A stretch of DNA of 57,676 nt from an uncultured virus (IMG/VR IMGVR_UViG_3300035210_000191) (taxonomy: Duplodnaviria; Heunggongvirae; Uroviricota; Caudoviricetes), in the IMG/VR virus record IMGVR_UViG_3300035210_000191; one strand, 5' to 3'. This document shows positions 9,745-19,263 of this stretch, in pieces. The first letter of the stretch is position 1; each line of letters begins with the position of its first letter. Below the pieces are notes generated by a model that had not been told where the DNA came from, did not search any database, and saw only the letters and a program-made list of their open reading frames with translations. Position numbers and translations under genes: made by a program.

Positions 9745-10377
9745 TCAATGAATTTTTAACATATTTAAGACTTCAATAACGCCATCGTCTACTACATCAA
9801 CAGAATACGTCAACGTTTTTGAAAGCTGTTCATTATAGGCGGATAACATAGGCTTGATAATTGAATTCAAATCTTGATAGTAAACGCCTAGCTCTGTCCA
9901 AACATCATGAGAAACTTTAAAATCCTTAGTCACATCATAATAAGCTTGAATTGGCTCAACATACAGTTTAATTGAAAAAACGGTGGTTGTTCCATCTTCT
10001 GCATAATCAATAAATTTTATACCATAAAAACTAACGTCAGTGGCCGTGAGGTAGTCTTTTTTCATACCCACTTTATGTCTTTCTTCCCATGTCATATGCC
10101 TAAAATCGAAATTTAATCCAATCGCTTCCAAATAAGGTTTTATCACTTTGTTTAAATCCTCAGCCACAGTATAAAAACCTAATTCAGAATAATTTTTAAA
10201 TACGGCTGGCAAAATTATTTGTGGATTTTTAATATTGTGTAGCAAATAGTAATTTGTATCATCTAAAAAATCTAAACTTTGATCATACGAGTTACTATTT
10301 TCAATTTCAAAATTATCAATCTTAGATAATGCAGTCAATTTTTCAAGAAAAAAATCTTTTTGCTCATGTATGTTCAT
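9745..10377 (-). CDS. hypothetical protein with C-terminal M-x-x-I motif
   Basis: 210 aa; ends EVLNMLKIH. Confidence 0.75.
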   Translation of the reverse strand: MNIHEQKDFFLEKLTALSKIDNFEIENSNSYDQSLDFLDDTNYYLLHNIKNPQIILPAVFKNYSELGFYTVAEDLNKVIKPYLEAIGLNFDFRHMTWEERHKVGMKKDYLTATDVSFYGIKFIDYAEDGTTTVFSIKLYVEPIQAYYDVTKDFKVSHDVWTELGVYYQDLNSIIKPMLSAYNEQLSKTLTYSVDVVDDGVIEVLNMLKIH

Positions 10378-10468
10378 CCATTATCCCTCACATTTAAATT
10401 AATATAATGCGGCAATTATATCACAAATATAACATTATGTCAGCTTTTGTTTAGTTTTCGTAGTTTAA

Positions 10469-10498
10469 TTGACAACAGCTTATGTTTTCAGGTATAAT
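10469..10498 (+). promoter_or_regulatory. sigma70 promoter
   Basis: TTGACA-18 nt-TATAAT. Confidence 0.7.
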
Positions 10499-10527
10499 AT
10501 CTAACAAATTTTAAATGGAATCTCACT

Positions 10528-10905
10528 ATGATGACCTTAAAAATGAAATTCTTGGATAGATTTACATGGAAACAAGGTCGGCAGTCTTCTGGTTACAGTA
10601 AGATTTCTTTGCTTGAATTTATGTGGCCTATTCCTTTTGATCTCTACTTACTTAAATTTCCCGAAGGATCTCAAATTCCTGAACATGTTGACAAAGTGGA
10701 TGAAGGATTTAGACATTACCGTTTAAACATTATTTTGAAGAAGTCTCTTTCTGGTGGTGAGTTCATGGCTGAACAGAGCATTATCAACTGGTCTAGGGTT
10801 AAGTTTTTTAGACCTGATATCTCAAAACACTCAGTGACAAAGGTTGTGGGTGGTTCAAGGTATGTATTAAGTTTTGGATTTTTATTAAAAGATAAGGTGA
10901 AATAA
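10528..10905 (+). CDS. 2OG-Fe(II) oxygenase superfamily protein
   Basis: HVD facial-triad motif, GGEF, distal H (KHSVT) and R (SRYVLS). Confidence 0.8.
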   Translation: MMTLKMKFLDRFTWKQGRQSSGYSKISLLEFMWPIPFDLYLLKFPEGSQIPEHVDKVDEGFRHYRLNIILKKSLSGGEFMAEQSIINWSRVKFFRPDISKHSVTKVVGGSRYVLSFGFLLKDKVK

Positions 10906-10907
10906 TT

Positions 10908-11162
10908 ATGAGTGAAGCTTGCTGTAAACACGCACATGTCCCATACATCATGGGAGATCGTGTCATTAAAAAAGAGTTTCTTGTTGAAAATTTTGGTGAT
11001 AATGCCACTTTTGAACACAGGGTTGAAGCTAATCCCTACAATACACCAGAAAGAAAACTAAAAGATGTTAAGGTGACCTATGTGATTAAAGGGCAAGAAG
11101 AAATTAAACTGTGTACCTGTGAATGCCATGTTCAAGGTATGGGACTGTACGTTTTACATTAA
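10908..11162 (+). CDS. Cys/His-rich small protein, paralog 1 of 4
   Basis: N-terminal ACC, C-terminal CTCECH...LH. Confidence 0.8.
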   Translation: MSEACCKHAHVPYIMGDRVIKKEFLVENFGDNATFEHRVEANPYNTPERKLKDVKVTYVIKGQEEIKLCTCECHVQGMGLYVLH

Positions 11163-11177
11163 ATTAGGAGACTTATC

Positions 11178-11429
11178 ATGTTTGCATGTTGTCAATATAG
11201 TGAAGTCAGATACATTGAAATGGATAAAAGTGTTAATAAATCTTTTCTAACCAAGAACTTTGGATCGGAAGCAACCACTGTATATCGAAAAGAACCTCAT
11301 CCATTTAGCTCAATCAGACGACAACTTCCCGATCAGGAAGTTTTGTATGTTCTTCATGATGGTCAAGAAACGAAGTTATGTGATTGTGATTGTCATCTGA
11401 ACGACCCAAACTTATGTGTTATGCATTAA
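11178..11429 (+). CDS. Cys/His-rich small protein, paralog 2 of 4
   Basis: ACC...CDCDCH...CVMH; AGGAG RBS. Confidence 0.8.
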   Translation: MFACCQYSEVRYIEMDKSVNKSFLTKNFGSEATTVYRKEPHPFSSIRRQLPDQEVLYVLHDGQETKLCDCDCHLNDPNLCVMH

Positions 11430-11451
11430 ATAAAATTAGGAGCAATACATT

Positions 11452-11694
11452 ATGGTAATGCCATGCTGCGACCACTGTTATAAAAAATATATTAAAGCCG
11501 ATGGCGAGATTAGTCAGCAATTTGTTGAGTCTGCTTTTGGTAAAGGATCTGTGATTGAAGTTCGTCAAGAATCTAATCCATTTACTCGGGATAATCTCCC
11601 GTTGTTGGAACGAACTTATGTCATTAATGGCAAAAAAGAAGAATCCCTTTGCACATGTCCTTGTCATGTCGAAGGCATTAATTGTATGCATTAA
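11452..11694 (+). CDS. Cys/His-rich small protein, paralog 3 of 4
   Basis: PCCDHC...CTCPCH...CMH; AGGAG RBS. Confidence 0.8.
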   Translation: MVMPCCDHCYKKYIKADGEISQQFVESAFGKGSVIEVRQESNPFTRDNLPLLERTYVINGKKEESLCTCPCHVEGINCMH

Positions 11695-11706
11695 TAGGAG
11701 AATATT

Positions 11707-11997
11707 ATGGTAGCAGCATGTTGTAGGCTTTGTTACGACCAGTATTTAAAGCCGGATAGAACACTGGATGAAGGTAAACTTCAACAATCGTATAAAAAGC
11801 GTTATAAAGCCAATGATGATGTTCCTATTATTAGTGTGCAGAAATCTTACCAACCTCAGAAAAGAGGACGTTTTCAATTTTTAAAGAAAATGCCACCACT
11901 TGTCTTTTATTTTGAATACAAAATGGTTGTTGATGGCAAAGAAATTGAAATTTGTACCTGTGATTGCCATATTGAAGGTGTTGTTTGTCTTCATTAA
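11707..11997 (+). CDS. Cys/His-rich small protein, paralog 4 of 4
   Basis: ACCRLC...CTCDCH...CLH; AGGAG RBS. Confidence 0.8.
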   Translation: MVAACCRLCYDQYLKPDRTLDEGKLQQSYKKRYKANDDVPIISVQKSYQPQKRGRFQFLKKMPPLVFYFEYKMVVDGKEIEICTCDCHIEGVVCLH

Positions 11998-12042
11998 TAA
12001 AATTACCTAAAGTCAATTAATATAGGATAGGAGTTTCCATAC

Positions 12043-12813
12043 ATGACTGATAAGTCAAAGCATATGCGAATGTTATTGGATATCGTTAATCGAGACTATA
12101 TCAATTGCGAAAAAACAATTTATCAAAATGATAAACAATGTGAACAGATAGATATTTGTGATAATGAATCTATTGATTATGGTCACATTAAGTTAGTTTT
12201 AAGTCCTTTTAATATCAATGGAGATCTTGAATTATTTATTGAAGATGAGCATTGCAATCATATTGATTCTTTTAGATCTAGACACTTATTTTATCATAAT
12301 AGTCACTTTGATTCTTTTTTTAAAGAAAATTTTACTGTCTATGATAATGAAGCATCTATTGAAATGGTGAAGGAATACGTCAGTAAAATATCGAATTTTA
12401 TTCATGAATTTCCTTCCCAAAATATAGGAAAAAGATCAATTGAACATAGAAGTATAATAAATAACATTGATCATTGTTTAAAATTGTTTACTGTTCGTAA
12501 GTTTATTAGTTCTACTGAAATACAAGTTGAATACAATATTTGTTTGTCTTTAAGAGGAACTAAATGGAATTCTCATTATTCTAATCATGTGTTCGGAATC
12601 TCAATTGAAAATGGCATTATTACGAAAGATTTTAAGAACAAAAACACTCCTTTAAGTTATTTTTCAATTGATGACTTGGTATATAAAACATTTTTTACAC
12701 TTCATCCAAGGATGGATACTTTTGAAAACAATACGTTTAATGGAACAAAACCTCCATTTACAAAAGACGTGTATGATTCTATGATTATTGTGGATGAGAT
12801 GCATATAATTTGA
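12043..12813 (+). CDS. hypothetical protein with C-terminal M-x-x-I motif
   Basis: 256 aa; ends IIVDEMHII. Confidence 0.75.
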   Translation: MTDKSKHMRMLLDIVNRDYINCEKTIYQNDKQCEQIDICDNESIDYGHIKLVLSPFNINGDLELFIEDEHCNHIDSFRSRHLFYHNSHFDSFFKENFTVYDNEASIEMVKEYVSKISNFIHEFPSQNIGKRSIEHRSIINNIDHCLKLFTVRKFISSTEIQVEYNICLSLRGTKWNSHYSNHVFGISIENGIITKDFKNKNTPLSYFSIDDLVYKTFFTLHPRMDTFENNTFNGTKPPFTKDVYDSMIIVDEMHII

Positions 12814-12882
12814 TTGAAAAAAAAATAGGTGTCTGCTATACTGCTTTTATATAGTATTATTGATAAACTTAGAGGAATTATA

Positions 12883-13686
12883 ATGATTGATCTACAACAA
12901 AAGCTAGTTAAAAACTCAATGATTTTTGATAAAAAGACGTTGTTTCAACGAAATACTAAACTGACAGAAGAGCAGGGCGAACTGGGTGAAGCCATTGTGC
13001 TTGACGACCGCTCAGAAATGCTTGAAGAAACCATTGATACCTTACTGGTTGCCGTGTCTATTCATCTTGATCTATCAGATGATTTTGACAGCTTAAATAC
13101 AATCATTGCTAATGCTTTTAGTGAAAAGCGTTCATATCAAATCGAAAAAATTCATATGGGATTCATTACTTTGACTGGTTATGTTGGTCGTTTCGCAGAA
13201 GCGATTCAAAAATATTCAGGAGTTGCCACTAGCTCTTACAAGGGTAAGGTTTCAAAGGAAGATGTGCTTGCAAGAATTGATACTGTTATTCAACAATGTG
13301 CTGTTTTGATGAATATGCAAACCAGTGATCATGATATTATTAACGAAATTATTTTGAGAAAAAATGAGAAATGGTTGAAACATGCTAGAAAAGGTTTTAT
13401 TCTTGCTGACGTTAATCAGGCTGTGAATGTTGAAAAAGGTTCACCTGTCCTCAATGAGATTCGAGAACAAATGAAATCAATGGATGAAGTTAACCCTATA
13501 TTTATGGATTACGAACAGATTTCACATCGACTTAGTAATATTCAAGATATTGACCATGTGGTTCATATTGATGAACAATACAATGACAAAAAAGATATTC
13601 TTGTTCTGAGCAACGTTCCGTTATTCGTTGCTGATAAATTGTGTAAGTATAACTCTCGTTTTAAAATTGTTTCATTTGTTAAATGA
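12883..13686 (+). CDS. MazG-like nucleotide pyrophosphohydrolase with tandem domains
   Basis: KLTEEQGELGEAI...EETID acidic motif; second degenerate repeat; GAGG RBS. Confidence 0.65.
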   Translation: MIDLQQKLVKNSMIFDKKTLFQRNTKLTEEQGELGEAIVLDDRSEMLEETIDTLLVAVSIHLDLSDDFDSLNTIIANAFSEKRSYQIEKIHMGFITLTGYVGRFAEAIQKYSGVATSSYKGKVSKEDVLARIDTVIQQCAVLMNMQTSDHDIINEIILRKNEKWLKHARKGFILADVNQAVNVEKGSPVLNEIREQMKSMDEVNPIFMDYEQISHRLSNIQDIDHVVHIDEQYNDKKDILVLSNVPLFVADKLCKYNSRFKIVSFVK

Positions 13687-13789
13687 TAAAATGCTATAAC
13701 ACTAGATTTTTCGAAAATATTGTGTTATAATTTGCACGCAAGAAAAATGTTAATAAAGCGTAACATCAATAAATCTAAAGGAGATTTTA

Positions 13790-14215
13790 ATGTTAACCAC
13801 AATTAAAAAGCTGTTTGGTTTCAAGGGTAAAGAGGTGGAAGAAGTTGCTTATATTTCCACATTAGAACATGCTAAAAAAGAAGACCATGAGCGTATCTTA
13901 GCAAAAGCTAGGCAAGAACGAGAGGATCGTGAAAGACGTGAGCGTGAACGTATGCGAACATCTGACAGTGGCAGTGATGTATTTTCTAATCCATTACACC
14001 CACTTAATCCGATAAGTCCTATCAACTTTAATAATTTTGATGATGATTCATCAAGCAAACATCGTAAGCATGAAAGTGGATTCTCGGATGGTGGTAGTCC
14101 GGCTTATCATCATAATACACATGGTGGTGAAAGTGGTGGTCATAGCCCTAGTGGTGGTGGTGGTGGTGGCGGGGATAGTGGTGGTGGCGGCGATGGCGGC
14201 GGCGGTGGTGATTAA
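13790..14215 (+). CDS. hypothetical protein with Gly/Ser/Asp/His-rich low-complexity tail
   Basis: 141 aa, AAGGAG RBS, GGT/GGC repeats. Confidence 0.75.
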   Translation: MLTTIKKLFGFKGKEVEEVAYISTLEHAKKEDHERILAKARQEREDRERRERERMRTSDSGSDVFSNPLHPLNPISPINFNNFDDDSSSKHRKHESGFSDGGSPAYHHNTHGGESGGHSPSGGGGGGGDSGGGGDGGGGGD

Positions 14216-14216
14216 T

Positions 14217-14239
14217 AAAGTCTCTTCGGAGGCTTTTTT
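14217..14239 (+). terminator. intrinsic terminator, C(UUCG)G loop
   Basis: AAAGTCTC-TTCG-GAGGCTTT plus T-tract. Confidence 0.75.
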
Positions 14240-14301
14240 ATTGACCAAAATTTAAATGTTTGCTATACTCTACCCATAGAAAACAAACAGGATTAAATCA
14301 A

Positions 14302-15210
14302 ATGTTTAAAGTAATTACGCATTCTCAACAATTTCACCTTGACGAATTGATGGCTGTTGCCCTTTTGGATCTGTATGTATTCAAGGGTGAAAAGTTTGAA
14401 CTCATTCGCACCCGAGATAAAACGATTGTTGCAGCAGGTCAAGATGACGCCAACACCTTTGTGATTGACGTAGGTTTGAAATATGACCCAGCTATGCGTA
14501 ACTTTGACCATCACCAGAACGACAGTAGCCTTTGCTGGCCTGATGGGGTGCCATTGTCTTCTTGTGGTATGGTTTGGAAATGGCTTCGTGATAACAAGAT
14601 TCTTCACCAGAAGATGAATGATGACACAATGAATATCTTTGAACGTGATTTTATTCGCCGTGTAGATATGCAAGATAACGGTATTTCAAAATTCAGTGAT
14701 TGTAATTTCTTGGTAATGTATAACCGTAAGCCCGATGATCCGCGTGAGCAAGACAAACAGTTCATGTATGCACTGAAAGCGGCAAAGTCACATTTGATTA
14801 ACTATTTTGCTTATGTTCGTGGTAACATGAAAGCGGAAAAATCCATTGTAAAAGCTATCAAAAACAGTGAGAAATATAAAGATATTGTAGTCTGTGATAG
14901 TAACATCAAGGATGCTGCCAAACGTATTGCTCAGTTGACTGATAAAAAGATGGTAATCTATCCTCACAGTAATGGGGCATGGGCTATCGAAACCGTTCCA
15001 TTGAATGCGAACGATGAATATTCAAAGAAAGTTCCAGCTCCAAAAGAGTGGTTGGGATTGAGCGGCGAAGAATTGGAAAAAGCTTCTGGTATTAAAGGCT
15101 TGTTCTTTTGCCATAAAGGGGCTTTTATCACCATGTTTAGAGGCGAGCTTGATGATGCGATTAAAGTTGCTCGTGTAATGATTTTGAAACATGAAGGCCA
15201 CATTCAGTAG
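14302..15210 (+). CDS. MYG1 family (DHH-like) exonuclease
   Basis: THSQQFHLDE, RTRD, DVG..YD, FDHHQ, LSSCG, FCHKGAF motifs. Confidence 0.88.
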   Translation: MFKVITHSQQFHLDELMAVALLDLYVFKGEKFELIRTRDKTIVAAGQDDANTFVIDVGLKYDPAMRNFDHHQNDSSLCWPDGVPLSSCGMVWKWLRDNKILHQKMNDDTMNIFERDFIRRVDMQDNGISKFSDCNFLVMYNRKPDDPREQDKQFMYALKAAKSHLINYFAYVRGNMKAEKSIVKAIKNSEKYKDIVVCDSNIKDAAKRIAQLTDKKMVIYPHSNGAWAIETVPLNANDEYSKKVPAPKEWLGLSGEELEKASGIKGLFFCHKGAFITMFRGELDDAIKVARVMILKHEGHIQ

Positions 15211-15235
15211 TCTTCTTATTAAAAGGAGTATTGGT

Positions 15236-15481
15236 ATGCAAGAGAATAAAGTAATGGGCACTATTTGCAATGAAAAAGCTGTTCAAGCATTTGTTGCACA
15301 GTCCGAACGCGATAACATTCCACTGGTGGTTATCAATGATGAAATTGATTTCTCAACGGATGTCATTTCCATGATTAAACATCATCAAACACATAACCTT
15401 GATTTGATGGTTGTAGTGGCTGAACATGTAGCACTGAATAAATCAATGGCTCCTGAACTGTTGAATGTTCGTTGGATCTAA
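15236..15481 (+). CDS. hypothetical protein
   Basis: AGGAG RBS, start MQENK. Confidence 0.65.
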   Translation: MQENKVMGTICNEKAVQAFVAQSERDNIPLVVINDEIDFSTDVISMIKHHQTHNLDLMVVVAEHVALNKSMAPELLNVRWI

Positions 15482-15602
15482 TTTTTCTTTGAGGGACGGT
15501 AGCTGTTCTACCGTCTCTTTTTGAAACAATTTACATTGTCTTAAATTCTTGATGTTTCTTTGTGCTTGTAGTATAATAAGCCCATTAACAAGGAGATTAA
15601 AA

Positions 15603-15818
15603 ATGCCTATCAAAAAATCTAATCAAAAAGTCACTAAAACAAATATTAGTGATAAGTGGATTTCAGGTGTAATCGGTGGTATTTGTAAAGCTTATGGTGT
15701 CAATCCATTTCTCGCACGACTTGTATTTCTTGCACTAGTCTTGTTCACGTCAGGGGCTTTCATTTTATTGTATATTGTGCTTGCGTGTTTAATGCCAAGC
15801 GAATTTGAAGCTGAATAA
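15603..15818 (+). CDS. pspC: PspC domain membrane protein
   Basis: DKWISGVIGGICKAYGVNPFLARL...LYIVLACLMP. Confidence 0.85.
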   Translation: MPIKKSNQKVTKTNISDKWISGVIGGICKAYGVNPFLARLVFLALVLFTSGAFILLYIVLACLMPSEFEAE

Positions 15819-15849
15819 CTTAATTTTTTAATAAGCGGAGTATTATTAT

Positions 15850-16407
15850 ATGTCTCAAAAAATCTATATTGCTGGCCCAGATGTCTTCTACCCAAGAGCT
15901 GTTGAAATTGGAGAAGCTAAAAAAGCAATCTGTGCCAAATATGGTTTTGTGGGAATTTTCCCACTGGATCTGTTGCCAAACGATCTCTTTTCTAACCCAC
16001 GTTATAACAATGCTCAACGTGCCGACATTTGTAAGAAGGCATGTATTGAAGGCGTTCGCTCGTGTGACATCGTTGTGGCAAACATGTCTCCCTTCCGTGG
16101 CACAGGTATGGACGTAGGTACCGCTGCTGAAATGGCCGCTGCTGACATGATTCATAAACCTGTTTATGGTTACTCAACCGACAATCGCACTTACCTTGAA
16201 AAACTTATTGCTACGGGTGAAGTTGTGCTTCTGGATGGCTGCTACTTAGATTCAGAAGGTCAAATCATTGAAAACTTGGATCGCATTGATAACTGCATGG
16301 TGACTGAATGCTGCCAGAAGATTATTTTCCCTGATGATAAGTCTACCACTAACCTTGAAGTGTTTGAAAAGGCGATTGCTTACATTCATGAAAAGTTTAA
16401 AGAGTGA
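15850..16407 (+). CDS. nucleoside 2-deoxyribosyltransferase family protein
   Basis: KIYIAGPDVF, D-x-GT-x-x-E, KPVYGY motifs. Confidence 0.9.
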   Translation: MSQKIYIAGPDVFYPRAVEIGEAKKAICAKYGFVGIFPLDLLPNDLFSNPRYNNAQRADICKKACIEGVRSCDIVVANMSPFRGTGMDVGTAAEMAAADMIHKPVYGYSTDNRTYLEKLIATGEVVLLDGCYLDSEGQIIENLDRIDNCMVTECCQKIIFPDDKSTTNLEVFEKAIAYIHEKFKE

Positions 16408-16471
16408 TTGAACTACAATATAAATTGAGCTATAATCTGTTTTCGCGTGTCATCTTCGGGTGACACTTTTT
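16408..16471 (+). promoter_or_regulatory. sigma70-like promoter immediately followed by UUCG hairpin and T-tract
   Basis: TTGAAC-17-TATAAT (16408-16436); GTGTCATC-TTCG-GGTGACAC-TTTTT (16447-16471). Confidence 0.6.
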
Positions 16472-16488
16472 ATTTTAAAGGAGCTTTC

Positions 16489-17022
16489 ATGCACATTCGA
16501 CACCTTGTATTAACCAGTATGCTATCTGTTTTAGCTTTTTCAACCAGTGCGGTAGCTGCTAGTGCCGAGCCTGTTGTTAAGAAATCTACTGAAATCTCTA
16601 CCTTTGGTATTAAACTGGGCCAACCTGTTACAGATCTTAATGTTCTAAAAGTTGAGACGATGGGCGAAAGATATTCAGTTGAACCTAGTCATCCTATTGA
16701 ATTTTTTGATTCGTATAACGTTACAACCACACCCGAGTATAATGTTTACAAAGTTTTTGCTTCAGGTGAGATTAAAAATTCTACCTATACCTGTAATGAA
16801 GCCGCTGCTTTTCTCAGTAAAGAATTTGAGAAAACATATGATACAAGTTTGTTTAAACCATTGTCGCCAAAGGTGGGTCAATACATATATATGAGCAAAG
16901 ATGTTAGTGTTTCTATTATGTGTATTGGACAAAATTTGGGTTATACTTTTGCTTATCAAAAAGACCTTTCAAGTTATCCTGTCCCTATTGATAAATTTAA
17001 AGAATTCAATATTAAAATTTAA
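16489..17022 (+). CDS. secreted protein, FGI-x-(L/V)G paralog 1 of 3
   Basis: signal peptide, TFGIKLG, two conserved Cys. Confidence 0.75.
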   Translation: MHIRHLVLTSMLSVLAFSTSAVAASAEPVVKKSTEISTFGIKLGQPVTDLNVLKVETMGERYSVEPSHPIEFFDSYNVTTTPEYNVYKVFASGEIKNSTYTCNEAAAFLSKEFEKTYDTSLFKPLSPKVGQYIYMSKDVSVSIMCIGQNLGYTFAYQKDLSSYPVPIDKFKEFNIKI

Positions 17023-17076
17023 TTTATTAGCCGAATACTGTGTTCAGCTTTTTCATTCTTAAAAATAGGAGAAATC

Positions 17077-17580
17077 ATGTTTAAATCAGTTCTTATGTTT
17101 CTATCACTATCCCTAGCTGTACTTATCAGCACCGTCCAAGCTCAGGATATGCATATTAAATCCTTCGGCATTGAACTAGGGGCACCCTATAAACACTATA
17201 ATTATTCAGATTATTTGTTTGGGAGAAAGATTGACGTTTTACCACAAAATGATATGCGACAAGTGTTTAATAAGTACTATATTACGCTGACACCAGAAAG
17301 CACTGTTCATACAGTGTATGCACAAGGCAATATGAGACAGAAAGAATACTCTTGCCCAGAAATGGCTTATAACCTTGCAGGCATGTTTAAAAACAATTAT
17401 TTGGCTGATATTGTGTCTTATACTGAACGAGATGGGTTCTATGAGTATGTAGGACGAACACAAGAAGTAAAGATGTATTGCGAAGGTGATACTATTCTTT
17501 ATGAAGCTAGATTGAAAAAAGACTTAGAAGTACCAAAATCAAATGTTTTTGAAGTGGAAGGCATCCAAAATAATCTTTAA
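17077..17580 (+). CDS. secreted protein, paralog 2 of 3
   Basis: signal peptide ending VQA, SFGIELG, two Cys. Confidence 0.75.
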   Translation: MFKSVLMFLSLSLAVLISTVQAQDMHIKSFGIELGAPYKHYNYSDYLFGRKIDVLPQNDMRQVFNKYYITLTPESTVHTVYAQGNMRQKEYSCPEMAYNLAGMFKNNYLADIVSYTERDGFYEYVGRTQEVKMYCEGDTILYEARLKKDLEVPKSNVFEVEGIQNNL

Positions 17581-17662
17581 TCATATTCAATATATTTTGC
17601 ATTCTAGTATTAATCAACTATACTAGAATTGCTTAATATTCTATTTAATTAAAGGACTAGTT

Positions 17663-18154
17663 ATGTTATTCAAATTACCCATATTGTTATTTTCATTAGC
17701 TTTTTCAACTGTTTCGATGGCTGAACGATTTTCCGTTCCTGATCTATCCCTTAATGCATTTGGTATTAAGGTTGGCTCAGAGTATAAAGATTATCGCTAT
17801 ATCAGTTATCCTTTTAAAACAAAAATCAATATCACACCAGAAAAGCCACTTCCAGAACTTTTTAACCATTATCAAATTGTCTTAAACAGAGACAGCACAG
17901 TCCACTCAGTCTATGCATATGGTGATGTCTATAAAGACTGGGGAGCTTGTGATGTGGATGCTAGAAAACTGTTCCTACAATTACAAGACGACTATAAAGG
18001 CTTTGTGAATGGTTCGATGGACACTAACCGCTATTATCTATTGTCTGGTAACACTCAGGATTTGATTGTTAAGTGTAATGAGAAGGATAGACTCTATTTT
18101 ATTGCGAAAGTCAAGAAAGAAATTATTCCAGATTCACCTAGTATAGAGAAATAA
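17663..18154 (+). CDS. secreted protein, paralog 3 of 3
   Basis: signal peptide ending SMA, AFGIKVG, two Cys. Confidence 0.75.
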   Translation: MLFKLPILLFSLAFSTVSMAERFSVPDLSLNAFGIKVGSEYKDYRYISYPFKTKINITPEKPLPELFNHYQIVLNRDSTVHSVYAYGDVYKDWGACDVDARKLFLQLQDDYKGFVNGSMDTNRYYLLSGNTQDLIVKCNEKDRLYFIAKVKKEIIPDSPSIEK

Positions 18155-18219
18155 CCTGTAGACAATGCTTTGATTATCCAGTATAATTCTTTTTTTATCC
18201 AAATGGAGAAGTATCAGAG

Positions 18220-18378
18220 ATGTCAGATAAACTAGCAAAGCAAGTAGAACAGAAACTGCAGCAACTGCGTTTTGAAATCAAATCCAATGCGGGATATCTG
18301 GAAAAGAATCCAGACGTTAAAGATCGCATTGAAGATCGAATCAAAGTGATGGTTGCCAAACTGGAATCTATTGCATAA
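18220..18378 (+). CDS. 52-aa helical small protein MSDKLAKQVEQKLQQLRFE... (absent from ORF track)
   Basis: GGAG RBS, upstream TATAAT, downstream terminator. Confidence 0.7.
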   Translation: MSDKLAKQVEQKLQQLRFEIKSNAGYLEKNPDVKDRIEDRIKVMVAKLESIA

Positions 18379-18386
18379 CTTATTAG

Positions 18387-18413
18387 AATAGTGCTTCGGC
18401 ACTATTTTTTTTT
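18387..18413 (+). terminator. intrinsic terminator, C(UUCG)G loop
   Basis: AATAGTGC-TTCG-GCACTATT plus T-tract. Confidence 0.85.
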
Positions 18414-18489
18414 GTCTGTTTATATTATTTGCCTATTCTCAAAAAAAATGATATAATATCCATCAAATTAAAGCATTAAGGAGTCAAAC

Positions 18490-19251
18490 ATGGGTGGTAC
18501 AATTCAACTCGTTGTTAGAAAAAAAGACGGTGAAGTTACATCACTTCCTGTTTGGACGAATAGCATGTCTTTAAAACTACTCAAAAACCCAGAGTTTCTG
18601 GCTGGTGATTTTACGGCATTTAATGAGTTTACGGACTATCATCAAAAGCTTGTTGATGATTATGCAGAAAATAAAGTAACACAAAAGTTTAAAGACAGTG
18701 GTGCATCTCTGTATGGTTCCATTCCTTTTGGTGGTTTGTATCCGCTCAGTTATGGCATCGTTATTTTTGATTTTAAAGAAATGAAAATTTTTGAAATGCA
18801 AGAATATACCTCTTCAGAATCTATTTATGCTTCGTTTGAAACTACGTTGTTTAAGTCTGATGTTCGAATGGTGTCTATTGGTTCTGGTGGTGATCTGGTT
18901 AATGTTGAACGTTTATTGAATGGCGGTCATATCAAATCAGTAAGAACTGATTATGCTTCCGATATTAATTATGACGTATCGCACATCAGATCATTAAACG
19001 AGCTGAATGCTTTTGTAGGAGAGCGTTTGGTACATTCGGGTGAACTTCGTAAATATCGTTATGGCCTCAGTGATAAAGAATCATTTTCATTAGATTTGGT
19101 TTTTGATAAAAAAGGCTTTGAAACCATTCTCTATGAAGGCCATAATAGAGTATCGGTTGATAAATTATTGATGGACATTCAAGCGGCTGGTTTTGAATTG
19201 TCAGGTAATGACAAAGAACAATGGAATTTGCATGTTAAAAAATATGAATAA
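18490..19251 (+). CDS. hypothetical protein, MGG family
   Basis: paralog of 19652 and 34886. Confidence 0.8.
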   Translation: MGGTIQLVVRKKDGEVTSLPVWTNSMSLKLLKNPEFLAGDFTAFNEFTDYHQKLVDDYAENKVTQKFKDSGASLYGSIPFGGLYPLSYGIVIFDFKEMKIFEMQEYTSSESIYASFETTLFKSDVRMVSIGSGGDLVNVERLLNGGHIKSVRTDYASDINYDVSHIRSLNELNAFVGERLVHSGELRKYRYGLSDKESFSLDLVFDKKGFETILYEGHNRVSVDKLLMDIQAAGFELSGNDKEQWNLHVKKYE

Positions 19252-19263
19252 GAGGATTTAATT

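Noticed and set aside
14120..14212. GGT/GGC trinucleotide-like repeat
   Set aside because: Explained by the poly-Gly tail of the 13790..14215 protein; the overlapping ORFs 14037 and 14051 are shadows.
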